Assembly (NCBI RefSeq): GCF_001194135.2 | Contig: NC_068985.1 | Span: forward strand, 20,767,784-20,802,970 | From: Octopus bimaculoides | Lineage: Eukaryota | Length of the DNA stretch: 35,187 nt | Direction of reading: 5' to 3' | Shown here: positions 30,482 through 35,187 of the stretch, piece after piece | Position numbering within the stretch: the first letter of the stretch is position 1 | How the letters are laid out: each line of letters opens with the position of its first letter | Made by a program: the position numbers and the translations under genes | Notes under the pieces: model-generated | The model's input: only the letters and a program-made list of their open reading frames with translations | Database searches by the model: none | Told to the model about the DNA's origin: nothing

Positions 30482-30560
30482 TTAATGCCAAAATTAAGTG
30501 GAACGGTTAATTAACACCAAAATTATATGGAGTTGGTAATTAACACTGAAGTCAGTTGTA
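30482..30560 (+). repeat. Degenerate 29-bp tandem repeat (about 2.5 units)
   Basis: ttaatgccaaaatta at 30482, ttaacaccaaaatta at 30511, ttaacac at 30540. Confidence 0.6.
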
Positions 30561-31831
30561 AAACGAGGTACCAATTCTTGACCCGTGTACTGTGTTCTCA
30601 TAATTCCCTATTGGTACAGTGTTCTGCTTTTAAGCAACACATTTCATTTCTAATTGCTTCTGTTTATCTAATAACAAGTTAGATGATACAGAATAATGTC
30701 TATCTTCAAAGTTGCCTTGTTTCTGTCTGCTGATTTCATATCCATCTAGAAAATAAATATCCAATATCCAATAAAATGGAATGCTCACAAAAGAAAGACA
30801 AATTTTTCTTATTCACTTTAAGTTACAGATCTCTTTTTATTATTCTGAGTTAGCTCCAGTAAACCTGGAGCTAACTTTGTCAGGTCAAATATTTCTGAGA
30901 ATGATTAGTGAGTCTTTAATATACTTGTACAAAAATAAATAATATTGTTTAAATATATATTAAAAATCAATAACTGAAGGTCATAGATTATTTTACATTC
31001 TTATTTGGTGGATAATACAGTAAATTAGTTGTGAGCTGACCCCTGCAAGTTAGTCAGACATTTATTAAGCAATGAACCAGCTGTCTACAACTTTGAGCTG
31101 TACCTAGGTTTGGTGGGAAGTAGGTCTTTACTTCAGCAAAATGAACTTGGAGAGTGGGGGATTTACTAGTGTTCTGCACTGTGAGCATAAGAAGCAAGAA
31201 GTATTTTTTATTACAAGACTCTGCATCCATAAGAAGCTGTGTGAAGATGGAAAAAAAAATGTAAAGTGTGTTTGAAGGATCTAGTCACACTTAATTTCCC
31301 TGGGGTAGCTGACAACATGAGAATGTATGTATGTGTGTGAGAGAGAGAGAGAGAGGGAGAGAGTTTAATTTTGTCACTTTGTAATTTATGTTTAGCATCA
31401 TTAATTGTTGATTCTTTTTGCTGTGATGTTATTATGAATTAAGAACTTAACATAGGTGTATGCATAACATACTCTTGTTAACTTTATTGTGGGTTTTTGA
31501 TAAAACTAGCATTTCTTTCTGTTAGTATTGGACTCACTTCATTCACTGTACTATGTCTTTTGAATAATCAACAGGTATTTGTTAAAAATATGCTGTGTCT
31601 TTTGTTTATAATGTTAATGTAATTTTTACTTGTGACTGTTTGGCAAAGATTGTTGATTGTGTGTAATGTTGTACTTTATACGTTAGTTTTTATATTATTT
31701 ATTTGAGTGTACATTAGTTACCCACTTAGTACTAGAAATTGTTAGCACTACTGGTTGGCATAGCCGCAGGGTAATTGAATTGTATCAAGAATATAGACAA
31801 AACATTGAAAAGAAATTTACAAAGACAAAAG

Positions 31832-31978
31832 CACTTGTGCTAGTGCCACATAAAAATCACCCTAGAAAACATGCCAAAACAGACAGTAGAGTCTGGTGTG
31901 GCCCCTGGCCTTACCAGCTCCAGTCAAGCCATCCAATCCATACCAGTATGGAAAACAGACATTAAATAATGATGATGG
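31832..31978 (+). mobile_element. RTE-type 3' tail fragment with internal deletion
   Basis: gtgctagtgccacataaaaa...agaaaacatgccaaaacagac...atccaatccataccagtatggaaaacagacattaaataatgatgatg. Confidence 0.8.
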
Positions 31979-32369
31979 TAATGAAATACCAACTTCCAAT
32001 GCTATCTTGAAAGTAACTTCCTTCAAAATGTAATAAATGAGTGAGTAAAAATCCAATATTGTGTACTTATGGTATGCAGTGATCATAGGAGATGTGAAAT
32101 CTTTAAAAGATCAAAAGTAAACCAGTATTTTAAATGCATTTCGTGTACCAGAGTACCTAGTTGTTCTGTAGGTTAGTCCTATGAAAGCAGACTTAAGTCT
32201 GCTACCTAATAAGTGCTGCAAGTAATTTAGTAGCTGAAGTAAGAAAAATGTGACAAAGCAAAAGACTGTTGCTATCTCTATTAACTACAGAGAGTTTTTC
32301 TTTGTGTTCAGAAAATAAAGTGATTGAAATAATCAAAAAACATGTAACGGTTAGTAAAATATTGTATTG

Positions 32370-32580
32370 AATGTAGAAGATATGCTGAAAAGGGAGAGGA
32401 ATGGTTGTGTAAGTTTACTGAGTTAGATATAAGATATTAACTTTCATGAAAGACTGAGTTAGCTGAGAAGGTAATTAGGAATCAAAGACATTAACCAATG
32501 TGTACAGAAGAGATTACAATGCTGGTAAAGTAACATAAATATAAATGGGTGATAGTTTCTAATAGATAAATGAAATAAGA
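32370..32580 (+). mobile_element. Ancient RTE ORF2 remnant
   Basis: NVEDMLKRERNGCVSLLS*I*DINFHERLS...LGIKDINQCVQKRLQCW resembles the RTE segment just upstream of RRLRWYGHV. Heavily decayed. Confidence 0.5.
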
Positions 32581-33988
32581 CATGGGAATAAGAACTAAAG
32601 TTATACCTCAGTACATAGGATCTCGTTAAGAAGGATATTTTTGAATAAAGTTTTCATGATCAATAAAATAAGCACTGAAGAAATAACATGGCTGATTCAT
32701 CCAGCTATCCACTCTCATGCAAAGATACTTTTGTAGTAATTTGTTAAAAGATATCATTACTAACATGGCATAGCTGCCTTCCAGTTATATTTACTCTAGC
32801 TGACTATTGGAGAACTATTGGAAATATTTGATTTATGTATTAGATGTTTATACGTTTGATAAATCAAGTTTATTTTAAGATAAATATTGTAGCAAATATT
32901 CGTAAGCTTCATTTTCTTTTATTTTGTTGATATCTTTAATTAAAATAGAAAAACATAATCAGATGAACAAATGCTCTTGCCATACAAGCAACAATAGCAC
33001 AAGAGAAAATAATGCTCAAAGTTCTGAGAAAACATTTAGCAATGATGATGCAGTTGAGCAGTTTAAAATATTTGACTCAAGATGAAGTAAATTTCTTTAA
33101 TCAGACTAATAATGAGTCAGTGGTGATTATTAGTTCAATCTTTCTGTCAGACAAGACAGTTTAATTGCTTCAGTCTTGAGATGGAAAGTAGGAATCCACT
33201 CCTATTTATGAAAAAGTAGTCTGTGCTGGTGAGCATATCCAGTTATGAAAACAACTCTAAAAACCAATTAAAATATATATCATATTCTGTTGCATCTTGG
33301 GAGCGTCATTATGCCAATGATAAACACATGCACTGATCCTATTTCACTTCTTTTATTATTATCAGCTAATCAGTTAATTATCTAACCAATTAACTTATCA
33401 ATTGATTGATTAATCGTTCAGCTAATCAATTAATCAGGTTTGTCAAAGTTCTTTTGTCACCATTATTGGAATGACGCCTCCTAAAATATAACAAAGTTTG
33501 TTTCAATTCATGGATTCACATCAAGTATCATGCAAACCAATTACAAAAATGAAATACAACATACACCTAGAGTAAAATAAAAAATCCAAGGAAACTAGCA
33601 TCATTTTATATCAGTAAACTGTAAAACAAATAGTTCCAAATGTGGAATAAATTTTATGCTGTGAGGAAGGAGATAAATCCAAGATTTAGGCCAGACCCTT
33701 CATGGAATGTCAACTTATTTGACAGGGTAAATAAATTAGGAGGAGTGAGAATAAGGAAAAATTATTATGAGTGAATAAAACATATCTAAGGTGCATTAGA
33801 TTGCTCCTAAATATTGAGAAGGCTTTATGTGCTATGATTCTGTTGAAGTAAAACTGACCTGAGAACACTCAGCAGAGCTAAACACACCTACCCAACAACG
33901 TCATTCTAAAAATATACAATGCACTAGAGCAATTGTCTAAATTATCTAAACCCTTTGAACTCTTATCAAAAATATTTTTTTTAAATAA

Positions 33989-34470
33989 GCATAGACTTAG
34001 CTGTGTGGTTAAGAAGTTCGCTTTGCAGCCATATGGTTTTGGGGTTCAGTCTCACTATGAGCAACTTGGGCAGGTGACTTCTACTATAGCTGCTGATTGA
34101 CCAATGTCTTGTGAGTGAATTTGGTAGCTGGAAACTATGTGGAAGCCTGTCATATATATAAATATATGCGTCTGTGTGTATGCATGCATATGTGTGTGTA
34201 TATGCATGTGTGTGTGTATGTGTTCATGCATCTGTGTGTGTCTGTGTTTTTTCCCATTGCCCACCACTTGACAACCAGTTTTGATTTGTTTATATCTTCA
34301 TAACATAGAAATTTGGCAAAAGTGGGTGATAGAATAAGTACCAGACTTGAAAAACAAAAAAACAAAAGAAAGACAGAAATTCTGGGTTCAGCGTGTTTGA
34401 GACCAAAACCTTTCAAGGTAGTGTCCCAACATGGCCACAATTCTGATGACAGAAACAAGTAAATGCTAAA
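33989..34470 (+). mobile_element. Family A SINE, full length, diverged
   Basis: gctgtgtggttaagaag...ggttcagtctcact...cttgggcagg...gaagcctgtc-(TA/TG)n-...gatagaataagtacc...catggccaca...gaaacaagtaaa. Confidence 0.88.
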
Positions 34471-34549
34471 TAACCATAAGACAAAAGAAAATTCCAAGCA
34501 AAATAAATATAAACCAGTGAAAGGGTCTCTACACATTCATTTAGCATGG

Positions 34550-34710
34550 AAATATAGCAGTTAAATTTCCTTCACATCCTTCCTTCAGTTATGAATTTTA
34601 AAAAATAGAATACATTGACCAATATATTCATTGATATATAAAAGAAAACAAAATGTGCTGCCTATGTCTTGTGTTTGATCAAGGCTAACTTGAGGCTAAA
34701 CAACATCCAA
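34550..34710 (+). mobile_element. Second copy of the 29255-29675 family, degenerate
   Basis: See 29255-29675. Confidence 0.45.
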
Positions 34711-35187
34711 AATTAAAAATACCAACTAATGAACAGAAACAAGTGTATTTGTACTTAGTGTTTCATTAATAGTTTGAAATTGCTTTTGATGCTATTTTAA
34801 GTTTCTAAACTTCATCTTTGATTAATTCAACATATGGCAAGTGGCCATGCTGCTCTCATATATCTACCTAATTTCTCTGAATTTATATCTTACATTTATA
34901 AAATAATTATCAAATGAGCAATTTATATAAAGAGAAAGCATTTAAATCATTTTTGAACTCTCTTTATTACATCATTCCTTATTTCCTACAATTTTGTTTC
35001 CATTGAAATATTTAGACAAGTTTGAACAGAAAACAATAAAATTGGCTAATAAAATACAGAAATAAATTTAAGATCTTCAGGATTAACTCTTTATTTATCT
35101 AGTCATGTAACTATATATCTATTCTATATAGAATATATGAATTAAACAGCATTTATTTCAATTACATATATTAAATATACTAAATAT

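Noticed and set aside
30482-30560. CRISPR-like repeat spacing
   Set aside because: The context is eukaryotic, the units are tandem and degenerate with no unique spacers, and there are no cas genes.
33360-33440. taat/caat-rich pseudo-periodic tract
   Set aside because: It is a degenerate tetranucleotide low-complexity sequence.
34432-34448. CUGAUGA-ca-GAAAC
   Set aside because: It is a mutated family A SINE tail (consensus aatgactgaaac) with no room for helix II.
1-34470. tRNA-like A/B-box sequences as tRNA genes
   Set aside because: All continue into SINE bodies and tails and lack a complete cloverleaf or acceptor stem.

Overview
AT-rich, repeat-saturated eukaryotic non-coding DNA with four N-gaps (about 2.1 kb in total). 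The SINE/LINE repertoire and (TA)n/(CA)n density suggest an octopod cephalopod; this is an inference. I can support no intact host gene, and almost all ORF-track entries are microsatellite or N artefacts. Content: about 20 tRNA-derived SINE copies from three head types; an RTE LINE 3' end with many 3'-tail fragments; decayed Penelope-like (RT linker plus GIY-YIG), R4-clade RT and Tc1/mariner transposase relics; several nested insertions with target-site duplications; and several fold-back elements. The main find is a set of sequence-unrelated, type-I hammerhead-ribozyme-like motifs with palindromic helix III. The best are 23083-23135 (-) and 5297-5393 (-). Weaker or variant ones lie at 12627-12663, 5094-5106, 6842-6877, 10860-10895 and 12907-12940. 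Several sit inside short fold-back or partial-repeat elements next to (TA)n tracts, which resembles Penelope pseudo-LTR or retrozyme-like non-autonomous elements. All alignments and folds were done by eye; coordinates may be off by a few bases and cleavage activity is untested.
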